From Lytechinus pictus (taxonomy: Eukaryota), in contig NC_087263.1 of assembly GCF_037042905.1 (NCBI RefSeq), positions 10,976,001-11,040,000 on the forward strand: a stretch of DNA of 64,000 bases. The letters are read 5' to 3'. Positions 26,217 through 39,248 of this stretch are shown in pieces (position 1 is the first letter of the stretch; the number at the start of each line of letters is the position of its first letter). Below the pieces are notes generated by a model. It was not told where the DNA came from, did no database searches, and saw only the letters and a program-made list of their open reading frames with translations. A program made the translations under genes and the position numbers.

Positions 26217-27634
26217 CTGGTGAGGAGGGGGGGGGGGGGGGCGAGTGGAAAAAAAAACAATTCACTAGAAGTAAAGCATAACTCTTACAAAAGATTAAAA
26301 CACTAGTTGGATTCTCGGGGGCATACAGTTGAAGTTTATGCCTCCGCAATAATCCAAAATCAGCTCTATTGCATACTTTATTCTGATATTGTGGAAACCC
26401 TCAAAATTATCTAATCACATTGTTAATCACGTCGTAAAAATAAGAAAAATAATTTCTGATACATTCCATATATTCTCATTATTTGAAAACAAGTAGAATT
26501 TTATAGATTTAATGGGATCTGTGCGCTTGATCATTGACCTTGACACCACAAACTAATGAGACCATTATCACTCTTCACGCATCCATGATTTACAGATGAA
26601 GCTGTACACACAGCATTCTATTTAAAAAATTTGTATCAGGGCAAAAATAATTTTTTGATGATACAACTTATTGGAACTAAATGTTCGGTAAGTAGAGCCA
26701 TCAAGAAATAGTAAGACAAGGATGAAGAGGAACACATTTAAATAAATGTGAGTGTAGGCTGACTGAAAGTCAAACGTGATGTTAGGGGTTTGGGAGAAAG
26801 GCATAACTTTACAGGGGTTGGAAGAGATGCTCGTATCATTTATCTGTGCTTAATGGTATTAGTAGGCTTAATTCCACTTTGGTGATTCATTGATTAGCTT
26901 GATCAGAGATAGAACTATTTAAATTTCTGTTAAAGTCTGCCTTTCTCCTAGAATAATAAGCCCACATCTTTGAATTGTATCACTGTCATTCCTTTTTGAT
27001 TTCATACTTAAGTTAACCCACGTTTGAAGTCAGTGCTTCAAACACTTTTGAATTATCACAAAAATTATATATTAGTGGTACAGCCCGGGGTGGACTTAGA
27101 CCCACGACCCTTCGTTCGATAGGCAGACGCTTTACCGACTGAGCAAACTCGCTCCCTCACTCCCATTGTTAGTAATCCATCAATCAAGATGTATGACCTC
27201 TGTGACATTTGACCTTTGATCTCTGTGCCCCAAAAACCAATCAGATCATTGCCACTCGAGTAGGCATACATCTCCCTATTTTGAAGTTGATACCTCAAAT
27301 GGTCAATGAGCTATCACAAGTACATGGCATTTTAATACCCAGTTCCCACTGTTTCACGATTTGCCCCACGATTGAAACGGTGATCTTAATCGCATGATAA
27401 TCGTAGCTATCGTATCAGACCATATAAGATCAGTTGTGGAAATCGTACTGATCACATAAAAAATTTGAATAGTTCAAAAATTCACATGATCAGTTACGGA
27501 AGGAAAATCTTGGCGTTCGTACCCAATCGGACCACAGTGGCAACGAGGCATAAGCTATATAATGACCTCTGTGACCTTGAACCTTTGACCCAGTGACCTG
27601 CCCTTGATGAAAATGCATCGTAAATGGTACCTAC

Positions 27635-27737
27635 CTGCATAGTCGTTGATTCACCCTGGGACACCCCCTTCAGGCGAAATAGTTTTAGTTCATTAAGAAG
27701 CTCAGCTTTCTCATTCTCCAGTCTGTGATTGGTTAAT
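27635..27737 (-). CDS. CEP290: CEP290 exon
   Basis: LTNHRLENEKAELLNELKLFRLKGVSQGESTTMQ; phase 2-0, donor gtaggt. Confidence 0.88.
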
Positions 27738-29120
27738 CTAAATGAAAAAAAAAAGGAAAAAAAAACAACATTGATTTCATTCTATAAACTTACACACCTG
27801 CTAAAATATTAGGTACATTTTCTCGCTCTCCAGCCATTGACCTGTGAAAATTTTTCCCAGGCAAAGAAAAAATGTAAAATGAATATATATATTTTTTTAC
27901 TTTATGATGATCTATGCTCTCTTCAATTAATATTTTGACCTTTCCCAGTCTTTGTAGGTAACTATCGACAAATGGCTTTCATTTGTAAGGTCTTACTACC
28001 CTACCAAGGAGGCTCCTGCGATAATACACGGCGAGTTGTATGCGGACTATGCTTAAGTTATTGACAAATTTTAATTCCGTCAAAGCAGTAATTTTAAGTA
28101 AAAATTAGATTATCGTTAGTGAGGAAAGCTACAAAATATCAGCCGGGCCAGACCGGTTACCAGTGGAGTAAAGTGCCGCTGGCATGGCTGGGCTCGTATC
28201 GTAAGAATAAGACATCATTTGTTTTAAATGTTATGTATTTCTCAATTTTGCCGATAGTCTTGATATCTGCAAATAATTCAGGGTTCAAAGGATCAACTTG
28301 ACAAATTTTGTCGCTATGCCGCCGCGCATAAATTTTGGACCGCGCCACTCTTTGACTATTTACTTGCGCATCTTTTGAGACCAAATTGCGACGCCCGGGT
28401 ACGCGGTTCTGAAATTACGCAATATTTGAAGGAGCAGGTCAGTCCCAAAATTGCTTAAAAACATGATTCCGCGTAGAAAGTCAATGCAAATTGTGTTTTT
28501 CAACCAAAAATCATAAATGTATGATTATTTTTACTTTTGTTGTTTTAGATGGATTTATTTTGTTATTCATGGTTGCAAAAGTGTCCCGGACAAAGTTCAT
28601 AAAAAAAAAACAATAAACACCAAAAGTTTGAAAAAACATGGAAATACATAAGAATTACATAAACAATAAAATACATAGGAAATTAATAAACAATAAAATA
28701 CATAGGAAATTAATTTTTTTGTGCAATTTTTTGGAGATTTTTTTTAGAAATGCAAAAATTGATATGTTCACCAAAATTAGCATTCTACTACATGTAGCTA
28801 TGTAAAATGGGTTAAAGGCAAAAACATACACATAGAACAAATTTAGGGCAAATTTCATATGCTTATTTGCATAATTAATCAATTTTTTGAAAATGTTACT
28901 GTTCATCCGGCTCTACGCGCGTGCAAATTTTCGTGGCCATCGTGCAATCAACAACCGAGATCTGAGGGAGGGGGTGAAATTGACCCCCCAGTAATGTTGG
29001 TCCCAAATAGCCCAGTTAAGATAGGGATATGGGGTACCAGGAAGTCTGTGAATAATGCCAGATACTCAAGCCTGCCAACTATAGGGCATGTTGAGCTATC
29101 TATCAATTCAAAGACAATAC

Positions 29121-29290
29121 CTTGTCTGTTGGAGTTGCTGAAACACGTCACCTTCCATCCTGCTACCTTCCACCGGGAATCGCTCTAAGATATTAATCTT
29201 CTCTTTCAGTTCTCCCATCTCTGTGATCATCAATTGTTCGCGCTGGGCGGAATCCTTCAGAAGCTGCTTCATATCAGCAATGACACCATT
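29121..29290 (-). CDS. CEP290: CEP290 exon
   Basis: NGVIADMKQLLKDSAQREQ...FQQLQQT; phase 0-2, acceptor ttctccag. Confidence 0.9.
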
Positions 29291-30009
29291 CTGGAGAAAA
29301 AAATACAACAGAATAATGACAATTATAATTTAAATAATTCTAAATGATAACATTTCATTCCAAACTCATTTCAACACCGAACATTCCAGGGACTTGTTGC
29401 AGAAATAGTTAAAATAAAACATAAAGTTTAATAATCCAACACAACTGGACTTTTGACCAATAATATGCACATATCAGATGTTTGCGCTTTATTTCTAATT
29501 TTGTTACATTTTCTGCAACAGGCTATACTTAGGCGAGGCGTCAAAAGCCCAAATGCGTTCCAACGCGTGCATAGCCATTGTTCCTTAATGAGAGTGTGCA
29601 AAGGAGTTCCAAGAGATTAGTACGAAGTACCGTTATATTCTACATTAAAGCTAATTTGCATAATCCGTACACGCTGGGGAACGGGGCAATTATTATCTCG
29701 ATCGCTATTGGCTAATCCGCCGGAGCGTCGCACGAGAATACACTGAATAGTGCAAGTTCACATACACACACACACACAGCGCGCTAGCGTACACTTCACA
29801 TAAAATGAGGTCAGTGTTCGGCGTGCACGTCGGATCAACATTTGCAGCGAAGCTTTGCAGCGAATGCAGCGCGTGAGGTGCGGGCGGATCTATACGAGAG
29901 GGGGAATAGGGGTTGCTTGGGGCAAGCTTCCTGTACAAAGTACCAATTAAAAAAAAAATATAAAATCCCGTGTTTACGAGAGTCGCGCAAGCAAAACGGT
30001 GGCGGATCA

Positions 30010-32100
30010 GGACATGCTTTTAAATTGTTTTGAGGGGCGAACGAGTGAAAATATATTTTGTATACCTTTCGTTATGAACTCCCGTTCTCCATGACGAAAT
30101 ATAATTGACGAAAGGAAAGTAAAACAGAATAGAAGTCACAAACATCTCAGATGGGTGTGCGATCTATCACAACATGTTTTAAAGTTGTTTTTAGGGGTCA
30201 ACAAGTTAAAATATATTTGATATGCCTTTTGTTTTGATCCCTTGTTATCCGTTAAGAAATATTAAATACGTCTTTTCTCGACGATGTTGGAAACGTAAAT
30301 AAAACAGAATAAAAGTCACAAACATCTCAGAATAGTGAGCGATCTATCACGACATGTTTTAAAATTGTTTTTAGGTGTCAACAAGTTAAAATATATTTGA
30401 TATACCTTTCGTTGTGATCCCTTGTTGTCCGTTAAGAAATATTAATTACGTCTTTTCTCGACGATGTTGGAAACGTAAATAAAACAGAGTAGAAGTCACA
30501 AACATCTCAGATGGGTGTGCGATCTATCACAACATGTTTTAAAGTTGTTTTTAGGGGTCAACAAGTTAAAATAGATTTGATATACCTTTCGTTATGATCC
30601 CCTGTTCTCCGTAAAAAATTATTAAAGATGCATTTTCTCGACAAAGTTGGAAATGTAGATAAAATAAAATAGAAGTTGGTAGCATCTCATATTTATTGGT
30701 GATACATATTTTTCGAGGGGTCAACAAGTTAAAATATATTTGATATACCTTTCGTTTTGATCCCTTGTTGTCCGTTAAGAAATATTAAATACGTCTTTTC
30801 TCGACGATGTTGGAAACGTAAATAAAACAGAATAGAAGTCACAAACATCTCAGAATAGTGAGCGATCTATCACGACATGTTTTAAAATTGTTTTTAGGTG
30901 TCAACAAGTTAAAATATATTTGATATACCTTTCGTTATGATCCCCTGTTATCCGTTAAGAAATATGAAAGATGCATTTTCTCGACAAAGTTGGAAACGTA
31001 GATAAAACAAAATAGAAGTCACAAACATCTCAGATGGGTGTGCGATCTATCAGGGCATGATTGAAAATTTTTCGAGGGGTCAACAAGTTAAAATAGATTT
31101 GATATACCTTTCGTTATGATCCCTTGTTCTCCGTTAAGAAATATTAAATACGTCTTTTCTCGACGATGTTGGAAACGTAAATAAAACAGAATGGAAGTCA
31201 CAAACATCTCAGATTGGTGTGCGATCTATCAGGACATGTTTTAAAATTGTTGTTAGGGGTCAACAAGACAAAATAGATTTGATATGCCTTTCGTTATGAT
31301 CCCTTAAAGGGGAATCCAGCCCTGGCCATACAATGTTGTGTTGGGAAGGAGAAAAATAAATTAAACAGAATGGTGAAAGTTTGAAAGAAATCGGACAAGC
31401 ATTAAGAAAATTATATCTGTTTTAAAATTGAGATCACTAATACTATGTAGATTTCAAAATGGCAATTGGGTAAGTAAATTATGACAAGGGGCAAGGACAA
31501 CTTTCCCATAGGCCATGTACTTTACTATCAGGGATTTGTGGTTTTCTCCTAAGTACCCATTTCCCTTGGGTAGTAATCTAAATATAACCCAGGTAGTATA
31601 TTGTTTTATGTCCTCATGAAAGAAATATATAATTTAAAATAAAACTTTTGGGAAAAATGACATTTTAGCCATAATATGCATTGGAGTACATGGAAGAGTA
31701 GTCCTTGCCTTACATCACTATGACATCCCATATGCGGCCAATTTGAAGTCTCCATGGGTATAGTGATTACCAATATTTACAACTTTTAAAAATTCATAAC
31801 TTTCTTGTTGTTTGTCCAATTTTGTTCAAACTTCCACCTATCAACTTGTCTGATTTTTCTTTTCCTTATAAAAACAAGTTTTTATTTGGGTTGGATTCCC
31901 CTTTAATTGTTCTCCGTTAAGAAAATAATATCAAAGATGCATTTTCTCGACAAAGTTGGAAACGTAAATATAAGACAAAATAGAAGTTGGTAGCCTTTCA
32001 TATTTGCGATCTATCAGGACATCTTTTAAGATTGTTTGAAGGTGACAACAGGTTAAAATATATTCTATATGCATTTCGTTATGATACCTTGTTTTCCACA
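30010..32100. repeat. ~180-bp tandem array (~9 units), last unit interrupted by a MITE
   Basis: AAATATATTTGATATACCTTTCGTT-like motif recurs at ~30049, 30208, 30388, 30568, 30732, 30912, 31091, 31271 and 32056. Confidence 0.92.
31308..31902. mobile_element. Kolobok/T2-type MITE
   Basis: TTAA|AGGGGAATCCA ... TGGATTCCCCT|TTAA. Confidence 0.85.
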
Positions 32101-32589
32101 AAGCATAGGCGGTTCGGGGGGCGAGGGACCCCCCCCCCCCCTCTTGGTCGAGCAAAAAAAAGATAGAAAAAAGGGAAAAGAGGAGGGAAAAGAGAGGAGA
32201 ATAAAGAAGAGGAAGACGAGTGAATAAAATAAGATGAGGGAAAGACTTGGGGAAAAAAATCTTTCATGTCACTATACAATTTTCGCTCGCGCTTTGCCCT
32301 TGCAGCATTGCCTGTTAGGTGATTTTCATATCTTGTTCAATGAGTTTAGGTATCAAGTTTGGAAGTTAATTTACAAAACACATTTCACCTCGGAAATTGA
32401 ACTTCATTATTTTGTGTGATTTACAAACTGATTTTTTAAAAGTGCTCTATAAACATGTCAGTTTTATGGTCTGAATATTAATATTTTCTGTTCGTGCTGC
32501 GCGCTCGCGAATTTTGATTGGTACCTATCATTCTCGTGCATTCCATACATTTTCAAAATATCCCTTTTCGGGTCTGATTGTCAAATCGT

Positions 32590-32800
32590 ATCAGGTTATA
32601 CCGAGTATGTTTTACGTGACTGCTAAGAAAGCACGAATGCCTGTGAGCAAGCAATCAGGGGACCAACGGCTTAAGGTCCTCTCCGAGGGACCTGGTAATG
32701 AGGATAAATGCCTTACCAAAGGGCACTCGCGCACCACTTGGGAATCGAACCCGGTTCACCGGAATCCGAAACCCCCGCTCTACGACTGAGCTATCGCGCC
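32590..32800 (-). mobile_element. tRNA-derived SINE (second family)
   Basis: Minus-strand head GGCGCGATAGCTCAGTCG...GGTTCGATTCCC; homologous copy at ~55600-55790. Confidence 0.75.
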
Positions 32801-35800
32801 TCAGCTAGCGCTGCACGCTCGCATTTTGATTGGCGATTTATGTATGTCTCAATATTGATTATACAACAAACTACTTGAAATCCCCTTTTCATGACAGAAT
32901 GACAAAAAATTGGCTCACGGTTCGCGTTCGCATTAATGGTTAAATATATGCATCATATTTATAGTTACAAAGGTGCTTGAAATGTCCAGATTTCAGGCCA
33001 TACTATCAGATTTCGCGCCCTCATTATGCATTAATGAATATTTAAGATATTTCGGGTGATTTCATGCAACGGTCTAGAGTGGGCCATAATGTGCCTGCAC
33101 TGTACATCTATAGGTCCTTGGTTGAAGTCAACGACCCTATATAGCTATAACACCCCTTGAACCTGAATTGGGTCAATTACGCCGTCTAGCACGTTTTGAG
33201 AACAATAGATGAAGGTGTGAAAATCACAAAGCAGCTAACAATAGGAAAAATCCGTTTCAATTGAAGTTATGCTATAGATTGCGTGTAGCTGTTTGAATGT
33301 GAAACCCTGAACATGCTGAATGCCTCATTGTCTGTATGTTAACTACTGCTGTGTACTAGTAGGTCCATGGTTATAGATCAGTTGCGTGCATGTCTTCTCC
33401 AAGCCGATTCATAGCTTGTCGGTGGCTTTAATGCACGTAAAATACAAATATACATGTAACTCTCTGTCCCATTATAGGGCATTTTGACTCGCCGATGAGA
33501 TAATTTTGACAAAACAAAAATGAATCACACTAATTATGCAGCAGCTATGTTTCTAAACATTACATGATCAAAGAAAAGACACGGGATGATATTTATTAAA
33601 TTTGTTAATGGCGGCTGGTCTTTATGATAAAAACATAGGTCTATTTTATCTTTAAGACATGAGAAAAAAAATAAATCAATTATATAATTAATGTGTGTGT
33701 TTTACTTTTTACAAACGTGTATCAATCGAACATGCTGACTGCATGAAGAGTGTCGAGGTCCATTACATGATTTATTGGTATTTACACCGAGTTATCAAAT
33801 AATGGTACACGATTTTAGAAAAGAAGTTTTGAGTGTCATCTCGTGTACGTCAAATCTTAGCAAATGTTAAAAAGTTTCTGAAATGTCAATACTGTGAAAG
33901 TATATGCACTTCATTAAACGTGGACATCAGCAGGGTGGTCTCCATTAAAAGGAATTTTTTTTTTGCCCTGTCGATGTGTACCTCTCGATGTAAGAAGGCG
34001 ATCGGAGCTGCACCCCTTCCATATTGTCAGTGAGAAAGGAAGAAAGTGATTACTCGAGATGGAGGGTGAAAAAGAGGAAGAGGATCTGTAATGGGAGGAA
34101 GAAACATAATAGAACGGTAGGGCCGGAAGGAGAGGTTGGCCATATAAAATTATGAAAACATTCAGGTCACTATTATCAAAATCAAGTTCAAGTTTATTTA
34201 ATACAGGATATAGATGCTAATCTACAAAATCCCCAAAAGAGAGAAAAGAGTTGATATAAGGTTAAGAATTCAGACTATAGAACGGAATACCATTTACAAA
34301 CACAAAATAGGCTATGCACAAGCACTTCCACCCGTATGCAATACTTTAATGAGGGTCTTCATCCGTCCAATGACATGCAAAAAGTACAAAATTTCCCTTC
34401 GTGTACTTCTCTTCATTTTGTGAAGAGAAGTACATCCTTTTTCCCCAGTGATTAATTGATTACAGTGATTAATTTTATTATGTCACAATAAACCTAATTA
34501 TGGCAATTTATGCACCCCCAAGAAATAGTGTTGAAGGCCCGGTCTATCTCTACACACAGACCACACACACTTCGCACAGTTCAGTCAAGGCGGTACCAAA
34601 CGGCCGGTGCCAAATATACGGAAATTGTGAGGAGCGCTTTTCCTATAAAAGGAATTGATATGCATTATAAGGGCTTAAAACTTGACCAAAAATTTATCAC
34701 CCCAAATTTGAGAATATGGACCCCGGATATGGACCCATGTTTAAGGCCAATATCTAAAAATTGGGGGCATGAACCCATGTATCTAAAAGCAAGTATCTAA
34801 AAATTGGGGCCATGCATGTTTAGGGATTTTCCAGCATAAAACCATACCCCATGTTTAGAGATTTCCCGGAGATTTCTTCCAAAAGAGCGACCCATTTCAG
34901 CGGCACATCCCCGTATACCTTATTTCGTAAGTACCCCCCCCCCCCTGGCTCTATATGTATTCAAAATTTTCTGAACTCTAAGATATTTGACTTGCACGTA
35001 ATTAATTTCCTCGTAATTTTTCTCTTATGGCTCGACTGTATTGATCTTTTATTTTCACTTTGCCGATACCATAATAAGACTCGAAAATGTGTAGATTATC
35101 TAGTAATATCTTAAAGTCAGATCCGACTTGGAGAGAAGCGATTATCACATAAAGGGTCGTAATCAGTCATGCATTAAAGTTTTATATCTACCGGTATTAG
35201 AAATATGTATTTGTACCCGACTTTGTTACATTTCTCTTAATGCTGGCTTCCAATCGTAAATTTTGTGAGTGGAATTGTTTTGCACAAGTCCGGCTGCCTC
35301 CGACTGCACAAGCGTTGACTACCGGTAGATCCACGGGCAACCGTCGCGACGTCTCGGCTCTACTGGGTACTGGAGAAGTACCAGGCCAGGGTCGAGTCAC
35401 TTGTACAAGAGCAAGTTCTGCATTTGCCTGACTTTTGAAAGAGCCTCTATTTTGAGGCTCGGGTTGTGGAGTATGGATTTTCGTTTATTTGGTTCTCTGG
35501 TTATTTTATCATTTTTTCTTTTACGGCCGGCATTATAATTATTCCCTTCTACTACCACAGTGCGCCCCCCAAATATATCACTTTGGGGGGAAAGACTTAC
35601 ATGTTATGGAAGCCATTAAAATCAACTTTCATATGACACCAAAAAGTTGAAATACTATCACGTTTGAGCGAACACTGCCTATTGAAACAAAGGGTATGAA
35701 AATTATGCTGGGCTGGAATTAGCCTTCCATTTTTTGTCAGTTTTTGAGGGGCAAATTATTTGGCTTTGGAACTTGCAATGTTATGGGCGTTGTGATAAAT

Positions 35801-38800
35801 TATTGATCAACCAGTTAGGAATGTTTAAGCAAGTTTTATGAATTATTAAATTGAACAAAAATTACACATCTTGGGCAACATTTCAACATTATCATGTGGC
35901 TCTCAGCAATGTGTTCATATTGGAGTCAGGAAAATAGGGGGTGAGATTGGACGTAAGTGGGATAAGTAGGTTGATGGAAAAAGGGTCAACATAACATTTT
36001 AGCCCCCCTCCCTCTCTCTCGCACTCCCCTTCTGTTGAGTGACTGATTTTTATTGTCATGCATGTACGCGTGAAGTCCAGAGCAGAATGTTAATTTAATT
36101 ATAATGATAATTGGGCCATCAACTTTTTCCTATCAACAATTTATCAATAAATCAACTATTTCAATGGGCAATGTAATCAATCAAACATTCAGTTTTTCAA
36201 TAAAGTATTTCATAAATTATAATCAAGTCAATTTCTTGGTAATCATTCAATAAAAAGAAAGAAAAAAAATGACTATCAGCCACCGGTCACTTCAGTGGCA
36301 AATAAGTTTTGAATAGGCTACCCCCGGGAGGCTACCATCCAGGAAGTGAGAGGGGTCTGGAAAATTGAGGGGGGGGTGGAGATACATAAGAATTTTATTT
36401 GTAAAATTACAAAAAGATGATGAATGCCCTTTCAACCAAGTCTTACCATATCTCGCTTGTAACAGGTACCATCACATTACTCCGACTCACAAAACACACT
36501 GCTTAGGTCTACAAGATGAATAGGCTACACTAAATTTAAAATTCCTGTTCACTCAACCATCATTCTTACAAGTTTCAAAAATCATATTTGTTGGGGAAAA
36601 TCCAGCATAAGTGTTACCTTCCCCTTAAAAATCCCAAACTTAGGATTTTTTTAAGAAGTCACCATGCAATCAAATTTTGCCTCATTGTGATGTCAACCAT
36701 ACGATAAATAGACATAGGGAGAACAATTTGTCCTTAATTGACATCGTATACAATTATGTTACCTGGTTATTGATCATTCGTTCTCTGTATATGAGGTTCA
36801 TGGGTCGAATCTCGAACCAACTGAAGAGAGTTGCAGCTCCGTAATTAGCTTGAAGTAGAAGTTCGCCTTGGTGAGAAACACTCATGAAACTGTTCAGTCT
36901 AGGACCTACCTTTAATTTTCAAATGAAATTCAATCTCGACAAACATGCCCCTTCCCCCACTGTCGTTCCATCACAATCGCCATAATCATAATCATAATCA
37001 TTGTAATCATCAAAACTAGGATTATTATCATAATTAATCTCAGCACCTTCATCACTGTCATTATCACCGTCATCATCATAAAACATTAATCATCACCGCG
37101 GGCGGCGGAGCAGAAGATATATCCTTTGTTCATAGGGTGCATCATTATTGTCCCCCACAGCAAAATATTATCCTCTGATCATCACTATTATTGCTACCAT
37201 AATCACCAATCTTGTCGTAATAAATATTCTCGTGATCAATTACGATCATTATACCATCATCATTATATCAACATTATAATTATTATCACCATTCTTGTCA
37301 TTGCCATCATCGTTGGGATTACAATCATAATCATCACCATTATCATAATCAGCCATCATTACCTTTCTTTTCGATATCATCATCACGATCATAATGTCTT
37401 GTTTTTTTATTCACACATCATTATGTTTATAAATTAAAAAAAAAAAAAAATTATTATCGTCATCATTATTACCACCGCTTTCATCCTCATCCTCCTTATC
37501 CTTCTTCATTAACACCAACATCATTATTACCATCACCATTATATCATCCTCGATCATCATTCCGTTTTCACAAACGCTGACTACTTGTAGTAGTTCCGTG
37601 ATTGTATGGACAATGTGGTTTGGGAGGATTCATTGGGGTCAAGAAAGCACAATTAGAGATTATCAGAGATCGTTGCGTAACTTCAGTTGAAACGGATTCT
37701 TCCTATTGTTAGTTGTTAATTTTTTTTCACACCTTCTTTGTTCGCAACACGTGCGAGAAGGTGTAGTTAATAGAACCCATTCAAGTCGCTCCGGGGCATT
37801 CACTTCAAAAGCTTCAAAGGGAAGATAAGAGTTATCTTTCCTAAAACGAAGTAACTCAAGTGCATTGGGGTCTTGAGAATAAGAACGAATAACAAAGGAG
37901 ATTGAGAACTGAACATGACTGGGAAATGGGAATGGATGAGGATTTCAATAAGTTGTATGCATAAATACGAATGCTAGTACCCATGATGAGCATTGGAGGA
38001 CGCAGGGGGGGGGGGGCACAGTCGGTCCATGCCCCCCATTTGAGAAGCAAAATAAAAATTTGTAATGTTAAAATGCAAGTCAATCTTCATCATTTCATAA
38101 TTTCAAATCAATACTCGTTTCTTCATCATTTTGAGTTATTTTAAGAAATATACAATTAATTTGCTCAGCCATTTCATGATATTAAGAGAAGTCATAACAA
38201 ATATTGAATAATGAACATTGCTTTATCCAAGTTTCCATCATCATGATTTTGCATTCCTAATGCCTCGGTCATATTTGCTCTACGGCGGCCGTACGGTGAG
38301 TAGGAAACACCTGTTTTATCCTTTTTTATTCAGACCACGTGTTTGTAGCTATTACACACAAAAAATGTTAAAACGGTTGATTTTTACTCGCCGTACGGCC
38401 GTCATAGAGCAAAAATGACCGCGGTAAGGTCAGGGAATGTTGCAGGAGTTCACCCCCCCCCCTCCACTTAGATAAAAAAATTGCTTGTAATTTTTTTGTT
38501 TTGTTATGAAAAGACCCAATGGGGGGGGGGGGGGCGAAAACCTCTGTCAAATTTTCATTCAACTCGAACTCTACCTTTCAAAAATCCTGCGTACGCTACT
38601 GCGAAAGCTAGAGTTATTGGAGCTATATATATACGTAGCGTAAAGAGAATTTTGTTTCATAGCGGCAAAGCTCTGCCTCAAGTACCTTGTATTGTGTATG
38701 CTTGCGCGCACATGGTATCTATAAAACTGATATTAAGCGTGCGGGTATACAGCAAGAACGATACGGAGTCGTGACTAAACTTTTCTGAGGACTAATTCGG

Positions 38801-39089
38801 AGGAATCACGCGTACCAGTGACAATGCGGCCGTATTTGTCAGCGCTTTTGGAATTATTAGGCATGGTTGTAATCACATCTTCAGGAGCGAACAGAGCTCT
38901 GCAAGCTGATTCAGTGGGTCCAGCGCCTGTAGACGTTGTGCGCGGTCGCCGCGATTGATCGAATGCTTTGACGGATCGCATTTTACTTCCGCTGGTAGCC
39001 AAAACAAAATTTATTTCCCTTTCCATCTTTGTCAGGAATTTACTGGAATTATATACATATTTTTGGAAGCTCACATCATCAGGTACTAA

Positions 39090-39248
39090 TGCCTTGGTCA
39101 CATTTGCTCTAGGGCGGCCGTACGGCGAGTCGAATACAGCCGTTTTATTCATTTTTATACAAACCACATTATGTAGCTCGTACATAAAATGTTAAAACGG
39201 CTGTTATCGATTCGCCGTACGGCCGCCGTATAGCAAATGTGACCAAGG
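39090..39248. mobile_element. PIF/Harbinger-like MITE
   Basis: TAA|TGCCTTGGTCACATTTGCT ... AGCAAATGTGACCAAGGTA|TAA; second copy at ~38261-38426. Confidence 0.75.

Noticed and set aside
30010..32100. Regularly spaced repeats as a CRISPR array
   Set aside because: Whole ~180-bp units are homologous, there are no unique spacers or cas genes, and the context is a eukaryotic intron.
38775..39185. 136-aa ORF as an intact gene
   Set aside because: Its N-terminal part runs through a PIF-like MITE (39090-39248); only the part from 38981 is kept, as a speculative remnant.
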